Assembly (NCBI GenBank): GCA_976551045.1
Contig: CDPCPM010000007.1
Location: forward strand, 13,206,001-13,270,000
Reading direction: 5' to 3'
Length of the DNA: 64,000 nt
DNA from: Glaucostegus cemiculus
Taxonomy: Eukaryota
The notes under the pieces are model-generated. The model ran no database searches, was not told the origin of the DNA, and saw only the letters and a program-made list of their open reading frames with translations. The position numbers and the translations under genes were made by a program. Shown here piece after piece: positions 12,281-24,280 of this stretch. Each line of letters starts with the position of its first letter. Position 1 is the stretch's first letter.

Positions 12281-13970
12281 GAACCTGATCTACCATTTCT
12301 GCACCTCTGATTTGAAGTAGAACTATGGACTGAGATGGAGATCTATCATAAAAGCAGACTAGTGGGCCATAACAAATGCTGAAATTAGGAAGATCATTTA
12401 ATAGAGATAAAGTATGTGTGTTCCAAGGTCTTGCATGGAATCAGCATCAACTTCTCCATAAGGCTACTTCAGCTATTTCCCCTGACATTTTTCCTGGTTT
12501 CCCATTATTTTGGTGTTAGACTGGAATTTCAGTGCCTCTATTTGAATAAAACAAAGTAATTATCCAAGTTATTGATCCAGTGCAAGGCAATGTTAAACTT
12601 CCATCCTTGGATGGTAACCAGGTGCAGTGTATCACCACCTCATTGTCAAACAATGTGCCTGTGATGCTGCTACAAGTAAGCTTTTCATTGCAGTAAGTTT
12701 TTCATTGCACTGTACATAGATGTACTTGTGCAAATGACAATAAACTCAACTTTGACATGCTCAGCTTTCATTTCATTGAACTTAATTAAGCCCAAGCCAC
12801 CAAGTTACTGCTCAAGGTATATGATTGAAAATTATCCCAACTGAACTCTGAGCAACTAAGATAAACTGCTGTAGAAATCCACATGCTGCTGCAGATTATA
12901 TTAATTTCTCTTCACCTTTAAAATTACTCAAAACATTTCCCAGACGTGCTCCCCACAGAAAAAAATAAAAGAGTACAAATTTGTCAATTTACTCAACTTA
13001 TGGAGACAATAATTTCTGGGAAATCTCTACAGAACAGTTTCTGTTAAATCTGTTACAGGATAGCGTCTGTATTAAGGCAACTCTTTTTTTTAGGTATCCC
13101 ACAATTTCTGGTCTTCTCCAGGCCTCACAATGGCATTTACTGAAGAGTTCTGATGATTCAAATTTCCCGTCACTGGATGAAAACAGGAACTCGCAAACAT
13201 CATTTTTCATAAGCCTATAACTAGTGTTAAAATCCTCCAATTTTTATAGAATTTCCATTTAACTCTGATTGTGGGTGTTATTTCATAATAATTTGTGTGA
13301 TGGACATATATTGATATGAAATTAAAATACTCAAATAGACAACACCCACCTTAAGCTTCAGTATACAATTGAGCTTCCTGGAATGATTTCAGGTTGTAAT
13401 CTCATATTAGTCTGTTTGGATGACCATATTAAATCACAATAGCTCTATCATTTTGTGCCAAGTAACCATTCTTTTCTGAGTAATTTGGATGCTGTTATTC
13501 ATTGTGAAAACGAAGTATTGATAGTTTACACATTCCTTTAAATGCTGGCAATTAAATAGAGAATAAAAATACTAGTTATAAGTGAGACTCTATTGGCAAG
13601 TGTTATAAGAAAGCTAAAGTTAATTTCATCACCTTCACTAGAAACATCATAACATGAAATGAGCCAATGGAAAGCAAAGCTGCAGAAGTTGACAGGATGG
13701 CATTAAATCGCTGAAGGAAAAAGCAGTGGCAGAAAATGCATTAGATCAGTCAGAGAGCACGTGAGGTCTGAATTCTATACAGATGGTATTACTGACTCTG
13801 CTCACAATGCATCACTGCAATTTTATGGAAAAATATTACTGTTTGCCCAAAATATTATTGATCCCTGATTAAGTAAATAGTGCTTTATTTTCATTAAATT
13901 TATTTTTAAAATATTGAGATAGAGGACACAGAAGGTAAAATATATTGATATAGAGGACACAGTGAAGTGT

Positions 13971-14408
13971 AATACTGAAGCAGTGGATAGATTATTTTAA
14001 AGAATTATTTAGACATATGAGGAACACTAAAGGCAAAAATCCTTCAGAGGGGAAGACCAAGGGTGACACACAAACAACATTGTAACTCTCAACAAATGCT
14101 GACATTCCCCACTTGACCTCCCTCCTATCCTCCATCCCTGCAAAAGACAATGTAGGTCATGAGGACAGAAAGGATGGGGGAATGGAATTTGATGCAAGGT
14201 AAAATATGGGCTCAGTGTCTTGAATGAACACATTTTTTAAGAGATGGAGGATAGGAGGAAGGCCAAATGGAGAATTTCAAGATTTGCTGAGAGGTGTATT
14301 TTGTGTGTCACCCTTAGTCCATCCCTCTGAAGGATTGTCACCTTTAGCATTCTTCATACAGCCGTACAATTCTTTTTTAAAATAATTCATCCACCGTTTC
14401 AGCAATAT
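13971..14408. repeat. Long imperfect inverted repeat, MITE-like hairpin
   Basis: aatccttcagaggggaagaccaagggtgacacacaaa pairs with ttgtgtgtcacccttagtccatccctctgaaggatt, and cctcctatcctccatc pairs with gatggaggataggagg. Arms ~200 bp. Confidence 0.85.
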
Positions 14409-15094
14409 TTTATAGCCCGTATAAATATGTAGTTGAGACCAGATGAAAGTCTCATCAGCACCTAAACAGAAATATAAATCATTTGAATGAAATGATTAAG
14501 TTGAATAAATTTAAAATGTTAAAAAAAGCTACATTCCTTCCCATCTCAGTCCTTATTGTGTTTTATCCCTTTTAACATTCTCCTCTCTGACCTCAAAGAC
14601 AAGGTCTTCAGTTTCATCCTCAAATGTCCCCAACAATAAATTTCAAACTTGGCATGATACTGAGCTCTTCCACAGCCTTTGCCTTCAAGTCCTTATCTGT
14701 GGTTGGGAGCCTTGCCTCCTCATAGTGGTTCCTTGGTCACATTTACAGAATTATCAATCAACCTACAACCTTGCTTTATAATTTTTCTAGATCCTTACAT
14801 TGTACACTGCCACTTAATGAAGATGTTGTGATGAAATCTCCTCAATTTGTTGCCCAAAATCTCTGACCACACTTATCCTATTCTGGATGCTGACAGTTAA
14901 TTTTAAATGGCTCTCCACACTCTGCAGTCAAGTGATGAGGTCCCAGTGGTTAAGAGTCCTTGGGTGGTGTCCTCTGAGGCCCCACCCCTAAAATGCCCCA
15001 ACAATGCTTTGATGGAAGGCAAGACCAGCCTTGGCTGTGAAAGCCTGTAATTTAAATGTCTGATTTAAATTATTACAGAACAAAAGCTACTGAA

Positions 15095-15335
15095 AGCGGT
15101 TAGCACAACGCTGTTACAGCGCCAGCGATCGGGATTCGATTCCTGTCGCTGTCTGTAAGGACTTTGTACGTTCTCCCGTGCCTGCGTGGGTTTCCTCCGG
15201 GTGCTCCAGTTTCCTCCCACATTCTAAAGACATATGGTTAGGTTAATTTGAGGGTTTAAAATGGGCGGCACGGACTCGTTGGGCCGAAAAGTCCTGTTAA
15301 CACGCTGGAAATAAAATTTAATATAAAAATAAAAT
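15095..15335 (+). mobile_element. Young tRNA-derived V-SINE (HE1-like), slightly 5'-truncated
   Basis: Same family as 6556 and 27610: gcggttagcacaacgctgttacagcgccagcgatcgggattcgattcc ... gttgggccgaaaagtcctgtt with an A-rich tail. Confidence 0.9.
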
Positions 15336-15550
15336 CACAATTAAAAATACTCAGCTGAAGTAAAATAATCAAAAAATAATTCTTTTCTTTCCTTGTGTTT
15401 CCTAATCTTTCATCCAAGAATCTCCTCAAATTATGAATGCCACAAACAAATATGACAGGTCTGTCACTTAGCAACATGCACACACCGTAGTTGCATCTGG
15501 AAAATTTGTGCCATTGCATTTACTCCAGCAAAACAGATATAACCTAATTC

Positions 15551-15570
15551 TAGTGCCCCCTCTGGTGGTG
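15551..15570 (-). promoter_or_regulatory. Candidate CTCF site
   Basis: Minus strand CCACCAGAGGGGGCAC is close to the CTCF core CCASYAGRKGGCRS and stands out in very AT-rich unique sequence. Motif evidence only. Confidence 0.35.
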
Positions 15571-16499
15571 ATATTCAGTTTAAGCATTGAAGTAAGCTTA
15601 TTACATACAATTTTTTTCTATGATTTAATTATAGTTAAATAAATATTATGCCAATTCTTTCAGTTATGCTGCATATAAGAATGCTACTCCTCTGATTCAG
15701 TTATCTGAATAATATATTGTATTGGCAATTAATTGTTCATATTTCCAGTAAAATTTCTTAATTAAAAACTATAAGCTTGACTCCTAAGAAGGTGCAATTT
15801 CTAGCATCATCTTAAAGAGAATTAAATTACAAAAAGTAGGTACTACTTTAAAATTCTTATAACTATTCTATATTTGGCTGTTCATTTTATCCTCTCAGAA
15901 CAACTATCAAAAGGTTCAGCATTGTATTATGTGCTCAATCAACCAAAAAATAGTGGAACAGCCCAGAATTCAATTTTTATGGTTCTGTAATAGCAATGTC
16001 ATAAAATAGACGGATCCATTCTCTATGGCTTGTGAAGCAGCATACATTGCAGTACAACAATATCATTTCTGATGTCAAAGAAACAAAAGGTAAGTTTCAA
16101 AAGTGAATGATGAAAGTTTACAGACAACGAATGTAAAGCATCATACAGCATAAACTCTAAAATTTCCACTACTTTATTAATGGATAGAAAAGTAAAAGCT
16201 ATAAGTTATGCTTTGTTTTATTTTCATTCTACATCCATATTTATGCCAATGAGTCCTGGTGGATGCCATTTTGGTCAGGACATCAGGAAAGCACAACTAA
16301 TGCATCCAATTTACGCAGATCATGATATTGTTCAATGTACAGGTTGATCAGTCAACATGCATTTGACGCCAACCGCCCAGCCCAGACCACTCTTTTAAAC
16401 TCCAGAGCTGAATATGCATTCAGTAGCAGGGACCTACAGCTCTATTTAAACACATGAACAAATTTGAGGTTAAATACTGGGTGATTTCTGCAGTCTGTT

Positions 16500-17930
16500 G
16501 CTGCAGTTGTACAAGTGCTAAATACTTTCTAGTGTTCTGTAAAGCTGATCACATCTGAAAGAATTAGCCTGGCAAATGCTGAAGGATTTTATCCCAACTT
16601 CAGGTGTACTACAAAAAGCACTTGCTTCTGGACAAAGTTGCAATGATATAATTCACATGTTCATCCAGGAAGCAATTCACATACCCAAGTCTTGGCAAAG
16701 AAAAACATGCATTTTGTTTCCACTTCAGTGAACATGGCCTCACTGAATTTTGCCACTTGTTGGAGCCACCACTTCAACCTTACAACAGGAGACAGGCTGA
16801 CTGTGACCATGATTTTTTATTCTTCAAGACTAGAGACATCCACAGCACCTCACTCTTTGCTGTCTAATATTGCTGAAGGAAGATCACTGACACTCTATTT
16901 TAAAGAGAGCCGCCACATTTCACTCGTTCTTGGTAGAGAATAGCAGATGGAGTGAGATTATTGCTTTATGAAAATTCATGGCCACAGTCAGCTTTGTGAA
17001 AATTGCAAGCTTCTCTATGGTTGAGGAGGATTCTTTGCCATAGTTCATGACTCCAGTGCAACACAGACAATACATGAAATGCAAAAGAGCAGATCACAGG
17101 TGTGGTGAAATACCTGATTTGGTCTGGATGAACTCTGCAGTAGTTGGCAGATCAGCTGTCTTTATCTTAGTGGTCTCTATATGCTGCACAACACTGCCAA
17201 TGTACAGACTTAGCACTAATCTCCAGCTACACAACAAAAAGCTCAGTCAGGAATGAGGAATATGAAGAGATAAAGAAATGTTGGAGCCTCTCTGGCTGGA
17301 CTATTTGACCAACTTATCTATCTGCATTACCAATAAGCACAAACTCAAATCCCCGCTTACCATCAGTCCACATCGGAACTTCCCTCTGTTACTCACCAGA
17401 GTACATGCTTCACCACAATGCAAGTACAAATGCCAATGGAAAATAAGCAGTCCAACCAAATGTATAGATCAAACAAACCTTGTCATTATGTCTAGAAACA
17501 TCTGTTAATCTTCTTCTCTTTCGTGCCTGCCCTTGCTCCTGAACAGTGTTGACCTGTGACTTTGTCATGGATGGTGGAGAAAAATGTGAATTATCATAGC
17601 TGATGACTTCAAGCCACTCTGGGCCTATCCTTGACCTTTTTGACACTGCCAGGCTGAAATACAACACCAAAGACACTGACAGAATGAGACAATGAATGTT
17701 GTCATCTTGGAGGAGGAGAGCAAAGCCTTGTTCCATGGAGCTGCAGCCCGTCTCTGAGACACGACCTCAATAATCCTAGATTTTGATAGAAGGCAGAGTG
17801 ATGGACTCCTATTCCACCTTGCAAATCTCTTTGAACACTGGTATCCACAGGCAAGATGGTAGAAGTTTGTGGTTACAAGCAGCAAGCTGAATTTGCATAA
17901 CACAAGTCTGAGCTTCAACAGTGTTCGTTT
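16500..17930. mobile_element. Degraded PIF/Harbinger DNA transposon (transposase on +, Myb/SANT-like ORF remnant on -)
   Basis: Plus strand: FHFSEHGLTEFCHLLEPPLQP, LTVTMIFYSS, DIHSTSLFAV*YC*RKITDTLF and SFVKIASFSMVE resemble the Harbinger transposase N-terminal half. Minus strand: IIEVVSQRRA...SSKMT...WQCQK resembles the Myb-like partner. A possible further piece lies at 19960-20620. Confidence 0.6.
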
Positions 17931-17932
17931 TG

Positions 17933-19955
17933 AGAACCATAGAACAATACAGCACAAAACAGGCCCTTCGGCCCACCAAGTTGTGCCATCCTTCAAACGT
18001 CTCACAATCCAACTCTTACCTCCCACATATCCTACTATTCCACATTCTTCCATGTGCCTATCTAACAATCTCTTGAACCTGTCCAACGTATCTGCCTCTA
18101 CTACCACCCCAGGCAGCGCATTCCATGCGCCAACCACTCTCTGGGTGAAAAACTTCCCTCTGACATCTCCCCTAAACTTTCCACCCAATATCTTAAAGCC
18201 ATGCCCTCTCATCTTGTGTATCTGCGCTCTGGGAAAGAGGCGCTGGCTGTCAACTCTATCTATTCCTCTCAATATCTTATACACCTCTATCAAGTCCCCT
18301 CTCATCCTCCTCCTCTCCAACGAGTAGAGCCCTAGCACCTTAAGCCTCTCCTCATATTCCATACCCTCTAACCCAGGCATCATCCTGGTAAATCGCCCCG
18401 TACCCTCTCTAACGCCTCCACATCCTTCCTATAATGCGGCGACCAGAACTGAACACAATAGTCTAAATGCAGCCTAACTAGAGTTTTGTAAAGCAGCATC
18501 ATCACCTCTCAGCTCTTGAACTCAATCCCACGGTTTATAAAAGCTAACATCCCATAAGCCTTCTTAACTGCCCAATCCACCTGCGAGGCAACTTTGAGTG
18601 AACTGTGGATATGAACCCCCAGATCCCCCTGCTCCTCTACACTGCCAAGTACCTTGCCATTTACCTCGTACTCTGCCCTGGAGTTCGTCCTCCCAAAGTG
18701 CACCACCTCACACTTCTCAGGATTAAACTCCATCTGCCACCTGTCCGCCCAACTCTGCATCCTATCAAATATCCCTCTGTAAGCTCCAACAGTCCTCCAC
18801 ACTATCTACCACACCGCCGATCTTGGTGTCATCCGCAAACTTACCAACCCATCCTTCCACTCCTTCATCTAAGTCATCTATAAATAAAACAAAGAGTAGA
18901 GGTCCCAGAACCGATCCCTGCAGGACACCACTAGTCACAGCCCTCCAATCCGAGGGCACTCCCTCCATCACAACCCTCTGCTTTCTACAGGAAAGCCAAT
19001 TCCTGATCCACACAGCCAAACTCCCCTGGACGCCTCGACCTCTGACCTTCTGAAGAAGCCTGCCATGAGGAACCTTATCGAACGCCTTACTAAAATCCAT
19101 ATAGACTACATCCACTGCACTGCCCTCATCAAGCTTCCTCGTCACCTCCTCAAAGAATTCTATCAGGCTCGTGAGGCAAGATCTTCCCTTCACAAAGCCA
19201 TGCTGACTGTCGCTAATCAGTCCGTGACTCTCCAGGTGCTCATAGATCCTATCCCTCAGAATCCTTTCTAACAGTTTACCCACCACAGACGTGAGAATCA
19301 CCGGTCTGTAATTTCCCGGACTATCCCTACTACCTTTCTTAAACAAGGGAACAACATCCGATACCCGCCAATCCTCCGGAACCATCCCCGTGGACAACGA
19401 GGACTCAAAGATCCTCACCAGCGGATCAACAATCTCCTCCCTCGCCTCTCGAAGCAGCCTGGGGAATATTCCGTCAGGCCCCGGAGACTTATCCGTCTTG
19501 ATATTATTTAACAATTTCAACACCTCCTCCCTCTCGATAGCTACACACTCAAGAACATTACCCTTACCAGCACTCTCTGTCGCGTCATCCAGACCCCTCT
19601 CCTTGGTGAATACGGAAGAGAAGTATTCATTCAGTACCTCCCCTACTTCTGCCGCCTCCAGGCACATCCTCCCACCTTTATCCTTAATCGGACCTACCTT
19701 CACCCTAGCCATCTTTCTGCCCTTCACATACGAGAAAAAAGCCTTGGGATTTTCCTTAACCCTACGAGCCGACATCTTTTCATGTCCCCTTCTAGCTCTC
19801 CTCAGCTCTTTCTTAAATTCTTTCCTCACTATACTATATTCCTCATGGACCACGTCCGAGCCTTGCCGCTTACACCTTACGTAAGCTGCCGCCTTCCTCC
19901 TAACCAGACATTCCACCTCTCTCGTCACCCACGGTTCCTTCAGCCTGCCATTCCT
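17933..19955 (-). mobile_element. Young CR1 LINE (family A), 5'-truncated, ORF2 RT with two frameshifts
   Basis: ORFs 18765-19994, 18509-18802 and 17625-18383 carry [62 protein letters not shown] and ERRRMRGDLIEVYKI. (TTCTATGG)-type 3' tail. Confidence 0.97.
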
Positions 19956-20639
19956 ATGAAGCTTGTTATTGCTGAGATACTGGCTATCAGACACTGTAAT
20001 GGGTTTGGATCTACAAGGTTACTATTGGAATTGCTGACCACTTCCATGGCTCTAAACTGTGCAAAGCGAGTGCTATTTAACATTGTACAAAGGCTTCTGA
20101 CAGGTCTCCCATTATATCAAGTTCTTGATTGTGCATCTTTTTCCAGAGGCTGCCCCATAAAACTGCTTACTTTGAGCTTTGAAGAGCTGGCATTGGCATT
20201 ATTCTTACCACTCCTGCCTTAACTGTAGTCAACCTGTTCATTGGCTCACAACTTGTACACTCTCCCTAAGTTGTCCTTTGGGACACTAAGAATCAGTGTG
20301 GGAAATGGTGACCATGAGCATGCAAACCAGTCATAGCCATCTTCTTGCTTTTCCATCTGCCACTCCACCACTACATGACCAGGTCACTTGGTTTCTGAAA
20401 GGTTAACAAGACTGTCATCTTCTATCATTTCAGCCCTGCCAGTGGCCTCAGCTATGAGAAACATCATCCCCTCCATGGATGCTGACTTCAGCTAATATGG
20501 CCTGTGGTTGTGCACTGTTTTATCTTGCTGGAGAGAGGGAGATAAATCAGTGAGTGTCAGAAAATGTCATGGGGGTATAGTCCCCGGTATGACTGAATAG
20601 CTGACAGTTATATATGTGCTGTGCCCCAGCTGCAAACCC

Positions 20640-21390
20640 TGCCCAACATAGTAAAGGTTCATGGCATGGCCCCAGAAAACATAGGCTAATTTCTACATCT
20701 CTCAGCAAAGGCACAGATTGATTATGAAATTCACCACCACTTTCAATCTGCCTGCACCATCTTTGGTTGATTAAGGAAAATAGTTTTTCAAGAAGAAGGC
20801 CTCAACCAAGCACATAATTCATGGTCTATTTGGAACAGGGATCCCTGACCTGTCTGCTTCGGATTCCTACACTATGCACAGCAGGCACCTCACGGCACTG
20901 AAAAAATACCGCCAATGCTGCCTTCACAATATTTGTCAAATTCACCAGAAGAACAGGCGAACCAAAGCCCATGTCCTCTCTCAGACCAACATTCCCAGCA
21001 CTCAATCAGCTCCACTGGACTGACCATAACACTCACATGCCCAACATCTGTTCCCAACTTGAACAGAAGAAATCACCAGGCAGACAGAGGAACAGATTCA
21101 AGAATATGCTCAAAGTCTCCTTGCAAAACTGTAACACCTCACTGAGTCTTGGGAATACTTGGTCCATGATGGCTCAAAGTGGAGGAGCAACATTTCAGGA
21201 TGGGATTCAGAACTTTTAGTCTATGCACTGGGAGCACACAGAAACCCTGCACAAGTAGTAGAAAGAACACACCAGCTCACAGACTACCTATCCACCTGCC
21301 ACATCAGGCACTTCTTGTCCCATCGGTGGAAAAATGTGCAGTTCCCATTAGCCTCATCAGTCACCACAGAATCCACAAAACCAAGACATC
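20640..21390 (+). mobile_element. RTE (BovB-like) LINE 3' fragment, degraded
   Basis: LSKGTD..EIHHHFQSA..FG.LRK.VF and GRQRNRFKNMLKVSL resemble the RTE C-terminal region, followed by an ISLISHHRIH zinc-knuckle-like remnant. Confidence 0.65.
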
Positions 21391-22354
21391 ATCTAAAAAT
21401 ATTTGCAGCTGTTTAAATGGACAGCTCATCAGGAAAGACCAAAGAGACTGCAGATGATGGAGTCTACAGCAACAGATAATCTGCCGGAAAAACTCAGCGA
21501 GTCTCAACCCAAGACATCAACAGTTCCTTTCCACCCACAGATGCTGCTCGACCCGCTGACTTCTTCCAGCAGATCGTTTGTAGCTCATGGGAAGATTTTT
21601 TTTAAACAGTCATGGAAACTTGCTGTACCTGTTTTAAGAAAGAGTATAAACTCTGGGTGGTGACAGTCTTTCAATCCTGCTTATTAGCTGAGCTTCTGGC
21701 AACCTCGTACTTGACAGTGTAGAAGTGGACAGGATGTTTCTACTTGTGGAAGTTTCTAGAACTAGGTGTCACTTTTTGAAAATAACTAACAGAAATGAAG
21801 TGGTTGTTACTTTTTGGAACTCTCTTCCTCAAAGGAAAGTGTAAGCACTGAATACTTCTAAGGCAAAGTAGATAACTATTTGATGAGTAATTAAGTGAAA
21901 GGATATCAGAGGTAGACTGCAGCCTTTATCTACGCTGTACAACTCTATGACCCTAAGACACTCTTCCTATTTACTTGTTACCTTTTCCTTAAATTCCCCT
22001 TCGTACACAACAGTATGAGAACTCAGAAATGTATCCTTGGCAGTTTGATTTTTATTGAAAACAACTTGTTCAAATAAGTTTGGATAACGCGACTACAGAA
22101 AAAGTCTTGATGCAAAGGGATGGGGAAGCAGCAGATGAAGCTTGATAATATACCTTGTAACTGTGAATCCCAAAGATATTGTTTGTGTTATGATCATCAA
22201 AAGATCCTGGACCAATACAAGAACTCCATTTATGTGTCTATGTGCACATTCAGAAAGTCAGCATACTAATCCATCAGAAGCAGAACGTTTAGAGTTTACA
22301 TCTATTCAATGGATGACGAACACTCATCTGGAACCGAGTAGCTAAAAAGGAGGA

Positions 22355-22765
22355 AATACTTGCATTCATGTAGCACCTTTCATGCTCCTGTCATGGTGAC
22401 CCAAAACACATTACAGCCAATGGAGGAGTTTTGACTAATTGGCTGCCAATTGGTCCACAGCAAGCACTCACAAATAGAAGTGTGGAAACGACCAGGTAAT
22501 TTGTTTTTGCAATGTTGGGTAGAGGGATCTGTATTGGCCAGGGACTGTTCTTCTTCAAAATAGTACTGATGAATCATTTTATGTTCATCTGATGGCATAG
22601 GTGGCGCGTGAGCTTAAAAATTCACCTGGAACACGGCACTGCTGACAGTGCAGCACTTGCTCAGTACTGTAATGGATGGTCTAAAGTCTTGTCTCTCTCG
22701 AGGACCTGACCCACAACCTTTAATCTCTGATGCTAGAGTGCAACCAATTGATCCACAACCGACAC
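22355..22765 (-). mobile_element. Ancient DeuSINE-like SINE
   Basis: cagcaag..cacaaa, ggcac..ctgacagtgcagcact..ctcagtactg and acccacaacct motifs are typical of Deu-domain SINEs. A related, more decayed copy lies at ~47365-47620. Confidence 0.6.
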
Positions 22766-23134
22766 ATTTGATTCTTTGCAAGGGTAATATCCGCTAAGGA
22801 GAACCTACACATATTTTATAGGGAGAACATGTTTGACTAGGAACCAGTAAAGATTCCGCACAGGACCTTGACAATAATAAGAATGTGCAATCTACAAAAA
22901 AATAGATTACTGCTATTTAAGACATGCAGACTTACCATAAGCAATTGGGTCTACTGAGAAAATAATGATATCTATTTAACATTAATGTAGGAGTCAACTA
23001 CAACAGAAAATGCTATAAATTAGAAAACTCATTCACTATTTTGAACAGCTCATGAAGTTGCTGAAAAAGGTTGGACTGCTGATCCTCTATATTTACTCAT
23101 TTTTGCATGTAATGCACTATATCATAAACAAAAA

Positions 23135-24280
23135 ACAATCTGCCGGAGGAACTCAGTGGGTTGAGCAGCACCTGTGGGGGGAAAGGAACTGTCGAAATTT
23201 CATGTCAAGACCTTGCATCAGGACTGAGAGTGCAAAGGGAAGATAGCTGGTATAAAGAGAGGGGAAGGGGTGAGACAGGGACTGGTAGGTGATAGGTGCA
23301 TTGAGGAAGAGTGAGGGATAAAGGGCAGAAGCACATGGTGGGGGGATGGGGGAGTGGGGGAAGGGTGGAGTTAGGAGACAACAGGCAGGTGGGTGGTAGG
23401 TGGAAGCAGACAAGGGAAATAAAGGCAGATAGAGCCAGGTGGGAGGAGGGCAGGGTGCAAGTGGCGACTGAGGCTGAAGGGTGACACAATGGCAACATGT
23501 GCCGGAATCTGAGCAAGGAAGGAAGGTGATAATGGCAATCATTAAGGGAGAAATGAAGGGCAGATGAGCCAGGGGAGAGGGGATCCAGTGGGTGGAGTTT
23601 GTGGGTAGTAGGTGGATGGAATGAGGAGGGGGAGGGGAACAAAAATGGACGATGGGAGCTGAGGGGGCTACGGGAAAGGGAACAAAGATAGGAGGACTAG
23701 AGTTGGTTTGGAAGGAGAGAGGGAGAGGGAGAACAAAAGAAGTAAGGGTTACCTGAAATTGAAAAATTCAATGCTCATACTATTGTTTTGCAGACTACCC
23801 AGGTAGATATGAGGTGTTGTTCCTCTAGGTCATGTAGAGATTCACCCTGGCCATAGAGAAGGCCAAGGATGGGCAGGTCAGTGTGGGATGGGAAGGGGAG
23901 TTGAAATGACATACAACTGGGAGCTCGGGATGGCCACTGCAGACAGAGCACAGGTGCTCTTCAAACCAATTGCCTAGTCAGTGCTTGGTTTCACTGATGT
24001 AGAAACCATATTCGAGAGTGCTGGAGTGAGTTTGGAGGAGGTGGATTTGAATATTTGCCTCACCTGGAAGGGCTGCTTAGGTCCCTGGTTGGTGGTGACG
24101 GAGGAGGTACAAGAACAAATGTTATATCTCCTGTGGTTGCAGGGGAAGGTGCCAGGGGTCAGGGGCAGTGAGTTGGGAGGGATGAGCAGGCCAGAGAGTT
24201 ACGGAGAGAGTGGTCCTGGTGGAAAGTGGAAAGGGACGTAGAGGAGAAGAAGTGGCTGGTGGCGGGATCCTGTTGTAGCA
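23135..24280 (-). mobile_element. Penelope-like element 3' part: GIY-YIG endonuclease remnant plus terminal repeat with hammerhead motif
   Basis: Minus strand GTFPCNHRRYNICSCTSSVTTNQGPKQPFQVRQIF and YISETKH*LGNWFEEHLCSV...LPVVCHFNSPSH (Cys linker plus GIY-YIG), then a pyrimidine-rich UTR and cagtcCTGATGCaaggtcttgacatGAAA. Confidence 0.85.

Noticed and set aside
12981-13240. Overlapping ORFs on both strands in unique sequence
   Set aside because: No recognisable protein and no convincing splice-site pair. It could be a non-coding conserved element, but I cannot support that.
17478-17653. Exon-like open segment on minus (tttcag ... AAG|gtttgt)
   Set aside because: It lies within the Harbinger relic, and its phase-2 start does not fit the phase-1 C8orf34 donor.
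17869-19884. Long plus-strand ORFs (also 44696-45064, 56494-57033, 58884-59606)
   Set aside because: Antisense shadows of CR1/Rex RT coding sequence.
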